From Elsinoe ampelina (Eukaryota), in contig ML992504.1 in NCBI GenBank assembly GCA_010093995.1, positions 1,725,394 through 1,789,393 of the forward strand: 64,000 nt of DNA, in the 5' to 3' direction. The first letter of the stretch is position 1; each line of letters starts with the position of its first letter. This document shows positions 25,787 to 37,083 of this stretch, one piece after another. Made by a program: the position numbers and the translations under genes. Under the pieces are notes generated by a model. The model did no database searches, was not told the DNA's origin, and saw only the letters and a program-made list of their open reading frames with translations.

Positions 25787-27028
25787 ATGGGTGGCGACCT
25801 CAATCTCAAAAAGTCATGGCACCCAGTGCTCATGTCAAATCAAAAGCGGGTGTGGGAAGAAGAGAAAAAGGCTTTGGATGAGCGAAAGAAGATTGAGCAG
25901 GTGATGAAGGAGAGAGCCGAGGAGCGTCAGATTCAGGAATTACAACAGATGCAGGAAGCGGCTGGTGGGAGGAAGCGTGTCGAGCGAGTTGACTGGATGT
26001 ACAATGGACCTGCTGATGGCCAGAAGGGCACCACTGAGGAGATGGAAGGGTACTTGCTCGGCAAACGAAGACTCGACGGTCTTGTAAAGCGCGATCCTGT
26101 TGAGGCCATCAAGAAGGACGCAAAACAAGAAGGCTTCACAGCTGCGCAAAACCCGAACACCGCCAGAGACACGGCCAGCAAAGTCAAGGCAGACCCCATG
26201 CTTATGATCAAGCAACAGGAGCAAGCAGCATACGAGGCCATGATGAAGGATCCCACGAAGAGACGGGAACTGCTGAAGGTCGCCGGGCAGGAAGAAACCG
26301 AGAAGAAGGATCGGAAGCATCGCAGACGCCACAGAGACGACGGGGACAGGTCGCGAAAACGAAGACGGCACAGCGATGAGGATAGACATTCGCGAAAGCC
26401 CCATCGGAGTCACAGAGACAGATCATATTCCCGCTCACCATCGCGATCTCGATCCCCACCGAGACGGCACCGACACTCGGATTATCACGACGAGCGACGA
26501 AGCCGCCGGAGGAGGAGCCCATCTCGGTCACGATCACGATCACCCGAGCGACGCAAGCACCGCGACGAGAGACGGACGTCGTATCCGAGCCCAAGGAGGT
26601 CTGGCTCAAGATCTGATTCGAGATCACTTTCACCTCCTCGACATCGACGCAGGGAAGAACGATATAGAGATCGTACGCCCCCACGCAAACAAGATTCACA
26701 TGGATCGCGACCACGGCGCTACAGTCCCGGAAGGGCGAGGGACAGCGGACGCGATCAGAAGAGGGACAACCGAGACAGCAAAGATGAGATCGAGGAGAGA
26801 GCCAGGAAGCTCGCCGCCATGCAGAGCAATGCGTCTGGTCTGGAAGAGGATAGAAAGAAGCGGCTGGCAGATCTGGAGGAGAGGGAGAAGAAGCAGCGTG
26901 AGGAGGAAGATCGTGTCAGGTCTGATAGGGCCAAGTTTTTGGGCGGCGTGAAGAGACAAGTTGATGCTACTGGAGATCTCAAGTCGAGGTTGCAAGGCAG
27001 AGGTGGGCTTGTCCGGAATGAGGACTAG
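25787..27028 (+). CDS. CWC25: Pre-mRNA splicing factor Cwc25
   Basis: Diagnostic N-terminus [19 protein letters not shown] and EGYLLGK motifs, RS-rich C-terminal half. Confidence 0.96.
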   Translation: MGGDLNLKKSWHPVLMSNQKRVWEEEKKALDERKKIEQVMKERAEERQIQELQQMQEAAGGRKRVERVDWMYNGPADGQKGTTEEMEGYLLGKRRLDGLVKRDPVEAIKKDAKQEGFTAAQNPNTARDTASKVKADPMLMIKQQEQAAYEAMMKDPTKRRELLKVAGQEETEKKDRKHRRRHRDDGDRSRKRRRHSDEDRHSRKPHRSHRDRSYSRSPSRSRSPPRRHRHSDYHDERRSRRRRSPSRSRSRSPERRKHRDERRTSYPSPRRSGSRSDSRSLSPPRHRRREERYRDRTPPRKQDSHGSRPRRYSPGRARDSGRDQKRDNRDSKDEIEERARKLAAMQSNASGLEEDRKKRLADLEEREKKQREEEDRVRSDRAKFLGGVKRQVDATGDLKSRLQGRGGLVRNED

Positions 27029-27804
27029 ATGTCTGAGCTCGTCAAGGGATCTGCATCTGCATGTGGGGGAAAAGGTTAATGTGACATGAGCAACGAACCA
27101 AGAATATGCACAAAATAGTTATCAGAGCCAGTCTGGCGGTAATACAAGTCGGCGATACGCTTGTCCATGCCTTCAGTCCCACAATTTGCATACCAGTCCA
27201 CGGTCCATGTCGTCAGAAGCTTCATTTCTGGTCCGATGGCTGTAAAATGTCTCGGTCTACTCCAAGACTCGATGACATAACCAGGGTCGCATTTTTTGCT
27301 CGGCCGGACATCCGCCAGGCCCGCAGTCGCAGAAGCGCAAACCATGTGAGTGTTTTTGGGAAAAGCACAAGCCGCCCGCCGCAGCCAAAAAGCCCGAGCC
27401 ATGCTGTCGTGGCTGTCTACCTAAGCTGGTCGTTATCCATGGATCGGACCTTGACAAAAACAAGCACAAGTCCGCTTGCTCAACATCTTGCGCCTCTTGC
27501 GGTTTTGCTATTCCATTCTTCATCCCGACCACCATTAGTCTGCGCCTCTCCACCAGCACATATCACCGTCACATATCAACGAGGCTAGACATTGGCATTG
27601 CGCGTCATCTGTCGCTCGCTCGCTTGCTCGCTACTTCGCGACAATCTCGACCCCATCTACTCCACTTTCCCCGGCCCGCTGCTTCGCAACGACCAAGAGC
27701 CTTTAACGACGCTTCCCAACGGCGAGATACACACTTTTAGGAGTTCAACTATTGCACGCGACTGAGGACAACTCCTTCATCGACCGGTAATCTGACTGCT
27801 CAAC

Positions 27805-28671
27805 ATGCCTCTTTGCGGTGGGACCAAGACGGTGCAGAGGAAACTGGTGTTATTGTACGTCATGACAACAGCGTAGCGAACGACAAAAGGAGGATGGATA
27901 CACCGGATCAAGAAAAGACACACATTGGCGCAGTTGCTGACATTCAGCAGGGGAGACGGTGCATGCGGAAAGACATCACTGCTGAACGTCTTTACAAGGG
28001 GCTACTTTCCAACAGTATAGTAAGGCGCCCTGGCGGACTCGAAATACAAGAAGGGAGATTGACATGACCAACAGCGAACCCACCGTCTTCGAGAACTACG
28101 TACATGACATCTTCATCGACAATGTACATGTCGAATTATCATTATGGGACACCGCAGGACAAGAGGAATTCGACAGGTTACGGAGTCTCTCGTACGATGA
28201 TACGCACGCTATCATGTTGTGCTTCAGCGTACCATACCCCTGCAAGCATTCCTGCGCACCGCCACTGACCGCGACCCAGGTCGACTCCCCCGAATCCCTC
28301 GAGAACGTAGAAGCGAAGTGGGTTGGCGAGATCGCAGAGAACTGCCCAGGCGTCCGGCTCGTCCTGGTTGCGCTCAAGTGTGATCTCCGGGAAACAGCAG
28401 GCGAAGAGGAGGGGGAAGCCAACAACGAGCCGAAACGGCCTCTAATCGACTACAAGCAGGGCCTTGCAGTAGCAGAGAAGATCAGAGCGTTGCGATATCT
28501 AGGTAAGCGCAGCTCTTATACGAATGGGAATGGCGACACTGACATCGTTCAGAATGCTCAGCCATGAAGAACCGCGGCGTAAACGAAGCCTTCACCGAAG
28601 CCGCCCGGGTCGCACTACAAGTTAAGAACGTAAAAGGCGACAAGAAAGGCGGCATGTGCACCATGATGTAA
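27805..28671 (+). CDS. RHO3: Rho-family small GTPase Rho3
   Basis: Five exons: MPLCGG.. start, GDGACGKTS, YEPTVFENY, LSLWDTAGQEEFDRLRSLSY, ECSA and C-terminal CAAX box CTMM. Confidence 0.95.
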
Positions 28672-29378
28672 AGCGGACACGTTACTGTACGATCGAGACT
28701 GTACTCCTCGACCCGGCTGGCACGACCACACGACTCTGCCACAAACACGGCACCGGCACTCCTTCCTCTGCAGCGGACCACGCGGTCACACACCATCTAT
28801 CCAACTCTGTTTCAATCATGTCATTACGAAGCAAAATCATCCTGGTATCACGACATACGTTCTATCTTTCCGTGTAACAATCTGCGAGAACCAGAGGGAA
28901 AGGAAGTTACTTTATTGTTTATTCTAGATATCCATATCTTTTTCTTTGTTATTAATAGCGAGTGCTCGCGAGTGGATTTGGGGCACGGAGGATTGGACAG
29001 AAGCAGCATCTGCACACTCGAAGGCAGGATTTTGAATGTACAAGTCTGTCCTGGATCTGACTTGAGGGCAACCGGAGGGGAGATTACGAGGGACAAGCAT
29101 CATTACCATGGGGCATTGGAAACAGCGCTGCGTAGGCGAGTGGGGTTAGCATAGGTCAATGTATCACCATGTCAACCCGGACGAACGTGAGCTTGCCTCT
29201 GGTAGGCCGCGTCCATCCACCCCTTGTATCACGCTACCGATAATCAAAGACCCATCGTGCTTCATGTCGTTGCAGCCCAGCATCAGACCGACCGCCAGTG
29301 TCCCTGCAAGCGACTCCATAGGTACCAGACACGGATCATCATCCGCTGAAACCTCTGGTACGTTATCGTCGCAACATG

Positions 29379-30500
29379 TCAAGCAACCACATCCTCAAAC
29401 CTCGTCCCCGGACTCAGCAACAACCCCTCCAAGATCATCAAATTATACCTCCCCCTCTCATCATCCCGAATCGGCTCAGGCGCTGCCCCGCCACCAATCC
29501 GACCCGCAAACCCTCTCGACCGCAAAAGCCCCACCGCCCTCGCCGTCCTGATCGCCCTCACCGTCTCGTCGTCCTGCACCCCGGTCTCCGCCCCGAACGT
29601 TCCCCAGAATGCCCGCACGAGGTCGTCGTAGTCTTCGTACCTGACCCAGCCGTCGCGGAGGTGCAGTTTACTCATCAGACCCTGCAACGAGTGGAGGTTT
29701 GTCCCGAACGGTCCGATTTCGGCTTCGGCCCAGTCGATCACGCCTGCCAGGTGGCAGGTGGTGGGGTGGACGAGGATGTTGCACTCGTTGAAGTCTTTGT
29801 GGAGGAGGACCATGGGGAGGCGGAAGACGGTGGGGAGGGAAGCGAGGGTGTGCTGGATGGTGGGGTGGAAGCGGGGGGGCAGGGTGGTGAGGAGGGTTTG
29901 GAGGTCGGTGCGGTAGGTGGTGAAGAGGTGGGCGCGGTGGGATTGGGAGATGGGTTGGGGGGAGGTCCAGGTGAGGGAGAAGAATCTTCCTGGTGTGAGG
30001 CTTGCCTATGAGAGAAGGGGGGGTGGAGGTACAGTATCTACTTACCTCGCCACGTCTTGAATCAGGTTCTTTCGCCAGAGCTTGTTCTCTAAGCTGTTCT
30101 CGGGGAAACCCTTTGCGAGGATGAAGTCTAGCCGGCTGATACCTTGTATACGGGTCATGTTGTAGACTAAGAGCGGCTGTCGGCCGTCTGTGGTAGAATC
30201 TTCGCCGAGCTGCTGGATGAACTTGGTATCGGAAACGAGGTCGCCATAGATTTGACGGGCAAGGGTCGAAGTCTCTAGCTTCAGTCCCAGAGACTTGAGG
30301 CGGAATTGTATCACATTTTGGAGCTCATCGCCAGCGTAGAGTGTGTACGAGCAGACTCCCTGGATGGAGACGGGCTCGATCCGGTCGCTTGCGGTGAGCT
30401 CTCGAGCCAGAGCGTGGCATGTCTCACGGACCACAGTGGTCTTGGAGAAGAAGGTGGCGATCTCGTCGTCGACGTTGTATTCGTTATTTGTAGTCGCCAT
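29379..30500 (-). CDS. Aminoglycoside phosphotransferase/choline kinase-like (APH family) protein
   Basis: Two exons. N-lobe QGVCSYT, catalytic LLHKDFNECNILV and GVIDWAEA. Start taken at MATTNNEY. Confidence 0.85.
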
Positions 30501-31346
30501 ATTGGATTGACCCAGGCATGCACGGCATAACAACCAGTCGTAGAGATTGGTAGGACGTGTCGGCAGGGGCGGTGTGCTTCTGACGCAGGCATGCGGCGTA
30601 GCACAATCTCCAAGTGCAGCTGTCCAGCCACGTTTCGCCGTGCCACCATTCACGGGTGTCCGGTAGTTTTCATATCCTGCTCCGGCGTGCCCTCGATGCT
30701 GAGCTCTCCTTACCTGGTAGATTCGTGCCACATCATAATCCCAATCGCCCCGGTCACCACCGCGAGCCCCAGTGCTAAGGCGAGGGTCCCTTGCATCCAG
30801 AACACCAACAAGGTAGCTATCCAGCACTTTCCCGTCAGGATAGCCCAGTGTTTGATCGTGTATCTTCCAACGAACTGGTGACTGACAGCTTATGGGCTTG
30901 CAGGCACTTGCTCGTGTGCTTTTTCATCCATGCTGACAGCGGCCGTACTAATGCGCGAGATTGCCGGGTACTTCGAGATTCGAGCTTCGAGCCAGACGAG
31001 GTGAAGGTGCAAAGTGAGAAGAGAAGCAGAACTTACCAATCTGCTAGTGGTAGGCTAGCGTGATGGAGGCGTGAGCAAGCTTTGCGAAACGAAGCTTGAT
31101 CGAAACGAGTGCGTGTTCCTAATCTTGGTTTAGTCGAGTGATGCCCTTCTGATGGTACTACAAATCGCTTCGTGTGGCTCGTCTCAACACGCATGTCGAT
31201 GTTGAAGGCATGGACGTACTGTGAAGCAGTCGAAGTCTGATGCAAAAGGTCGAAAAGCGACAAAGTCGCAGGCTACTTTTATACATTACATTACATATTC
31301 ATACACTCGCTGACTCCTTGTGCCCTTGCTGTACCTGCCCACTCCT

Positions 31347-32765
31347 CTATTTCTCCCTCTCCCCCGCCTCCCCGACCTGCTCATGCTCCCCCTTCTCAAG
31401 ATCCACGCTCGCCTCCCTCCTCACTTGCGACCCGTCCGAGCTAGCACTGCTCTCACTTCCCCTTTCCCGATCTCCCGGCAGCAGTAGTCCATGCCTCGGC
31501 AGCACCGGAACAGAGCTACATCTCTTCTCTTTCACGACATAGTCTGCCTGTGTGACCGCAATCGACACCCTGTGCTGGACTTTGATCCCCTTTTCCACCC
31601 ATCCAACTTGCTGCTCAGGAGGCATCGATGCCTGAACATTGTAGCTCTTGCTGCGTGCCATACTCGGACGAGGAACAGCAGCCTTCGAGATGGAGGTGGC
31701 ACGGCTCTTCGCAGTCGTGGCAATGGTAGTTTCACCGCCTCCTTGGGTGGAGCCGGTGTGCATGAGGTTGCGGCGGGTGAGGGCGTAGAGTATTGCGTCG
31801 ACGAAGCCGGACGACGCCATCAGGGTTCCGGCGATGAGCAGGTACCAATTCGGCAGGAAAGCACCGTTATGTGCGAGTGACCACATGCGGCCTGCGCTTA
31901 AGGGGAGTGTGAGAATGATGTAGAAGATGGGGTAAAGGACCATGGCGCGCGCGGCACGATTGATTTTGCGGTGCGTGGCGGTTTGTGCTTGATTCGCCAT
32001 AACGATGGACATGGTGCGAGCGATGGTAGATTTGACGTGGATGAAGAGGATGAGGTAGATAATGATGCTGCCGGCTTGGACTAGAAAGATCCAAATGTAA
32101 TGCACTGCCAGACGCTCGGACTCGTAGAGGGCAGAGACCCAGCACCAGGCACCGGTACGGACAAAGTATGTACGGCCATGGATTGCAGGTCCGATGAAGG
32201 TGAGGAACAAGGAGAAAATCCAGGTGAAAAGGACAAGGCCCAAAAAGATTCGGTAGTCGAGACGTCGGCCAACCAAGGTCGTGTAGAACGTGTGGCCTGC
32301 AATGAAAAGAACGAAAAGGCCAGATGAGACATCACCAATGTTCAGGATCCAGCCTTGAACGAAGCAGGCTCGAGTAGGTGCCATGATTGAACCGGTAGCC
32401 ATCCAGTGGAAAGATATAACAAATGCCAACGATTGTTGAATGTCGGCTATTAGGAGATTGATGAAGAGGACGAGATATTGGTTCTGAGTACATTAGCTGG
32501 AATCAACAGGCATGTTTGCGGCACATACGTAGCCCAGGTACGACTTTGCAGACTTCTTCCACTCGAAGAACTTGGAGAGTAGGAAACAGAGAAGACCAAA
32601 GGATGAAAGCAGCGAGACGAGTCCCATGATTCCAGGAGCCAAGAGACCCTTTTCCAGGACCGGAGGTAGCTTCTCGAGGCTGAAAGGAAACGAGAAGTAT
32701 GGATGCGTCGCATTGGTCTGAACAGCTGCAAAGCTCGACCCCGTCCCTGCATTGCTGATAGGCAT
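31347..32765 (-). CDS. Seven-transmembrane GPCR, Git3/cAMP-receptor-like
   Basis: Intron 32484-32528 joins ...KSYLGY to NQYLVLFINLLIADIQQSLAF. Motifs CFVQGW, GAWCWV, MVLYP and GFVDAILY; about seven hydrophobic segments. Confidence 0.88.
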
Positions 32766-33451
32766 GTTTGCGGGACTGATGTGGTACGAGAAGGACGAGG
32801 ATCGGTGGTTGGCGGTGCTTCTTCACGCCACAGAGAACAGCGAGTGCCAGCACAAGCCTAGATCTGCTATGGGTCAGGCCAAGTCAAGTCGAATGTCGAT
32901 GGCCGGAGCTTTGGTCCTGCAGTATCTTCAGATGACAGCCACGTGGAAAAAAGACCTGACAACGAGTATCATGAAGTTGACAGAGGAGAAGGACAGTCAA
33001 AAGTCGTCGCCTCTTCGAGAAAATATGTATAGCCTCGAGGATCTTCAAAGTCGTTTCAATGTACCGTTGAGGTACCACGGTGATGTCCAGGCTGCGGCGG
33101 CCGTTGGGAATACACGTGGGGTCGAATGCCACTGTCCTTTACAGTGTGGATGCATGGAGAACGTTGACCGTATATTCTAGTGGGTAATTTGCCCAACTGA
33201 TACATTTCAGGAATACAGGAAACACGATTTTCGCGGTATTATTCTGCAATGGATGGGTGAAGAGAAGAGAAGGAGAAGAGAGAAGAATACGTTCCTTGCC
33301 GTCCTGTCCTGGACTGGGCTCGAATGCCGTCTCGCCACATCCACAAGTGCCGTCGGTAAATTGAGTCACCAAGAAAGGCGATCTCAAATCATGGGGATCG
33401 TCACTGTCAGCATTCCAAAGCCGTTTACTGCCTCTAGGTGATCTCTAACGG

Positions 33452-33499
33452 GCTGAGTCTGCATCTCACCAGCCGAGTCTGCATCTCATCAGCCGAGTC
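33452..33499. repeat. 20-bp tandem repeat, ~2.4 copies
   Basis: GCYGAGTCTGCATCTCAYCA repeated in the intergenic region upstream of the GPCR. Confidence 0.8.
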
Positions 33500-33854
33500 G
33501 ATGACTTGATGACTGGTAAGGGAGTGAAATGTTCATGGCAGGATCTGCGTCTTGTGTATTGTTTCCATCAGAAGTGATGCATTGCCCACCAAAGGCGTGA
33601 CATTTGCAGATGAATGTCGAGGTGAAGATTTCCAATTCAACGGTCGGTCCAGAAGGGCAACCGCGCGTGCCAAGCAAGTGGTTCGGTCCACAAGGGTCCC
33701 GTTGGTCGGCAACTCGCTCCACCCTCACAATCTGGAGCTCGATTGCCCCCAATTCGAGAAAATGCACATCGTTGAGAGAGTAGTTCATGAATTGTATCCG
33801 CCCAATGCTAGTCCTGGTATCTGTGCAAGTGCCGTTCCTGATCCCTGCCCCAAA

Positions 33855-36404
33855 TCACCTTGTCCGATCAGGTAGGACGCCACGCTCCAAATCCTCGAGA
33901 TCATCCTCGCTCCCTAGTGGCTCTGCTGCTGCCGGGTCGTCGTTCCGTGTGGCGACAGCTTGCTCCTGAACACCATCCAAAAGGTCTTCATTATCATCAT
34001 CGTAAGAATCGTAGCGGCGGTCGGGGGTATTTGCCGCAGGTGTGTTTGCGTCCGATCGTGCGAGCGATCGCACGACATCGCCTTTGCATATTGGGCAAGT
34101 CCTTCGTCGGGTGGTGAGCCATGGAGTGCTGCGGATCAGATTAGTAAAGGCAGTGAAGGTCGAGTGGTGAGAAACTTACATGCACTCGGCGTGGAATTCG
34201 TGACCACAGGGCAGGCTCATTACTCGACTGACCCCGTCTACATACTCCTCCAGGCAGACCACGCATTCGCGCTGCTTGCCGCCGTATTTTCGTTTCCACT
34301 CCAGCAGACCAGCTTCACGCTTCTCTTGAATCTGGTCAAGACTGAGATTGGCTGGCGTCAAGTTGGCGTAGCTGGTGCTTGCGACTGGTACTTCACTAGT
34401 GGTTCGTGACCGTGGTCGTTGGCTGATTGGACGTGCGCTTGAGTGAAGAAGAGGTGTTGTCGAATCTGGCACAGCGGGTGTTCCTGGTGGTGAGACCTGA
34501 GCACTGCTTGTCGTCGCGGAAGAACTGGCTATCGTGTGGTACGTTCGCACTGGTAATCTCTCCACAACAGACTTTGGTGCCCGCCATCTGCGTCGTCGGA
34601 TGCGAGAGCGAAGGAGCAAGAGTGCGTAGACCACGGTCAATGTGACCAGTGGAGACACGACAAGTACAAGCAGTGTATCGAAGAAGGGTGACGAAGACAT
34701 GGTCGTCGGCTCCAATGTCACCCATAATCCTTCGTGCCTGGGTGGTTTGTTGGGCTCCTTTTGGTCACCTTTGTCCTTGCCATTCCGATCCTTGCTGCCA
34801 TCTTGAGTTGCTTTGAGTGGCATTGTTGATCTGTGCTTCTTCTCTTCCGATGTCTCGCTCTTCAATCTGCCTAGCCAATTGCGCCCTGACGACACTTTGA
34901 CTTGTGATGAGGAAGAACTCTTTAGTGTAGGTGCTTTGCTTTCCTGCTTGTCGACCTTCAGCTGCTTTATTGTGTGGCTCTGCTTGCTGTACTCTCCGCT
35001 GCCAGGCGTTATGCTGCCACCCTTTGGCGAAGTAGCGCCAGAGTCGTCGCCTTGCTTAGTGGCGACCTGTTTCTTCGCCTCGTTCTCTTTCGGCTTCGAC
35101 TCTACGAGGTCGGGATCACGCCAGTCCTGCACACCAATGACGAAGCCATCACTAGAGCCCTTGCTTTTCGATTTATCGTTTGAGGACTTGGCAGAGGCAG
35201 CTTTGGCATCCTCAGCACTGTCAAAATCTTTCTGGAGTATCCATCCAATGCTGCCGCTGCTGGGCGGGCGGCGATTATCCCGCCGGGGTGAAGACGACGA
35301 AGAGCCAGAGAACAGGGAACTGAACCATCCAGTATTGACAGGCCCGCTATCGTCCTTCTCATGCGACCGCGCGGGTTCGACAGGCTTGCTTCCTTTAGCG
35401 ACAGTGCTGTCCTTCTTGGTATCGGATTTGGGCGCTGATCTACTCGATTCGCCATTTGCCTGCCCTTGCTTGCCACCGCCAGCAACGATGCCGATCCTCT
35501 TGACGTCTTCCACGGTAACATCCTCCATCAAACCTCCAGACGGTATTAGAGACGAGAGGAGATGCGCGGTGGTATGCGAGGTGAAGAGCGAAGGGATAGT
35601 GACATTGGACGTGTCACCTCTCGCATACATCGTGACCAGTGGACCGCCTCTAATGTTGTCGCCAACAATCAAAGCTGTCCCACCTCGTCGCTCAACCCAT
35701 TTGACCTTTTCCAAGAACCCACAGCCACCGCGGCTGAGAAGAACAACCTTGCCCGTGATCTCGGCACTCTCCTGAAGTGACTGAATATCGGCATGTCCTT
35801 GCTTCTTGCCATCCGCGGTCGTCGAAGCTTCCGAAGTAGATAGGGGATGATGCAGATGGTCGTCGGTCCCATCATCCTCTGAAGGATTGTCCTTCTTTGC
35901 CTCGCTGACGGACGCATCCTTGCTGTTCCTCCTCTTGACATTGGCTGACTTTAAAGGAGAGTCATCTGATTCTACAGTAGCGCTGTTTCCGCTCTTGTCG
36001 GAAGGCTCGGTCGGTTTACTAGGTGACACGCGACCACCGCTTTCACTCCATCCGGGGACATCACTGCATCCGAGTTCTCCTTCCGCGCTCGCCGCTCCTC
36101 CTCTTGACAAATCGTCGTCACCAAATCCACTGCCTATCCATAGTTGACCGCTCAATCCAATCTTCGGAAGTGAAGGACCAAAGTTCGCAGGCCGAGCGAG
36201 GAAAAAGGTCGAGTTGTCATCGGTAAGACTGATGATGGCTGATGGCGGAAAGAGTGACGATGGGGCGCGCCAGTCAAACATGGAGTGGATTCGACCGTCG
36301 CGATGAGCTGTCACATGAGCAGACCTCCTCGTGGCGATGAATGACAAGAGGAGTACTGTGAAGAGGCATGACGCGAGGGCGAGAATGAGCCGTACAGGCC
36401 GCAT
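33855..36404 (-). CDS. PA-domain, transmembrane, RING-H2 E3 ubiquitin ligase (RNF13/RMR-like)
   Basis: Signal anchor, PA domain (SRGGCGFLEKV) and a TM helix. RING-H2 CVVCLEEY..LPCGHEFHAEC/ITPWL..CPICK spans intron 34129-34179. The exact 3' end is less certain. Confidence 0.92.
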
Positions 36405-37083
36405 TTTGATGAGTGTCTGTGGCCCTGCTCCTGCTCTTGACTTTTATCGTACACCTAGGAAGCTGGATAGATCATAAGGCGTCTGGCGTGAAAGTCGCGT
36501 TGAGGGGTTACTGTGTCCGGGCGGGATAGGAGATAGGGTCTAGCAACGGGATCGAAAAGCTAATGCGGCGCAGTCGCTAAGACGTAAAAGTGGAACAAAG
36601 ATAGTGGTCGAAAGAGGATGTCGAGAAGCGAAGGTATAGTCGAAAACTAGGACTGCTCAGCAGACCACATGCGCTGTGTGGCGTCAACTTGTTAGGATGC
36701 GCAGAGATGCATAAAGTGGTGTGGTCTATCAGGCGCCTCGATCAAAGTCATGACGCTCCTTGGCGCTGCCGTTTGCCGGTCGAGCAGAGTCACGTGCGCA
36801 GGGTTGTGCATAACGTCAAACATGCATGAGGTGAATATAGCACCCGTCTTTTGACATGATGTCAAACAATTCAGTGCATGTGTTCCCATAAACATATATT
36901 CATTTATTCCATCTACAGGAACGTGCCTGATACACTACGCAGTAGGCCCGGCTCTCGATTAATAGTAACCTAAACCGGCACCTATAGCATTTGCTATAAT
37001 CGTGCTCCTATTATATCACAAAACCTAAGCGGTTAGCGAGCTGTTTACAAGGGTTCTCTAGCGGTGTGCTCGACGTGATCTAA

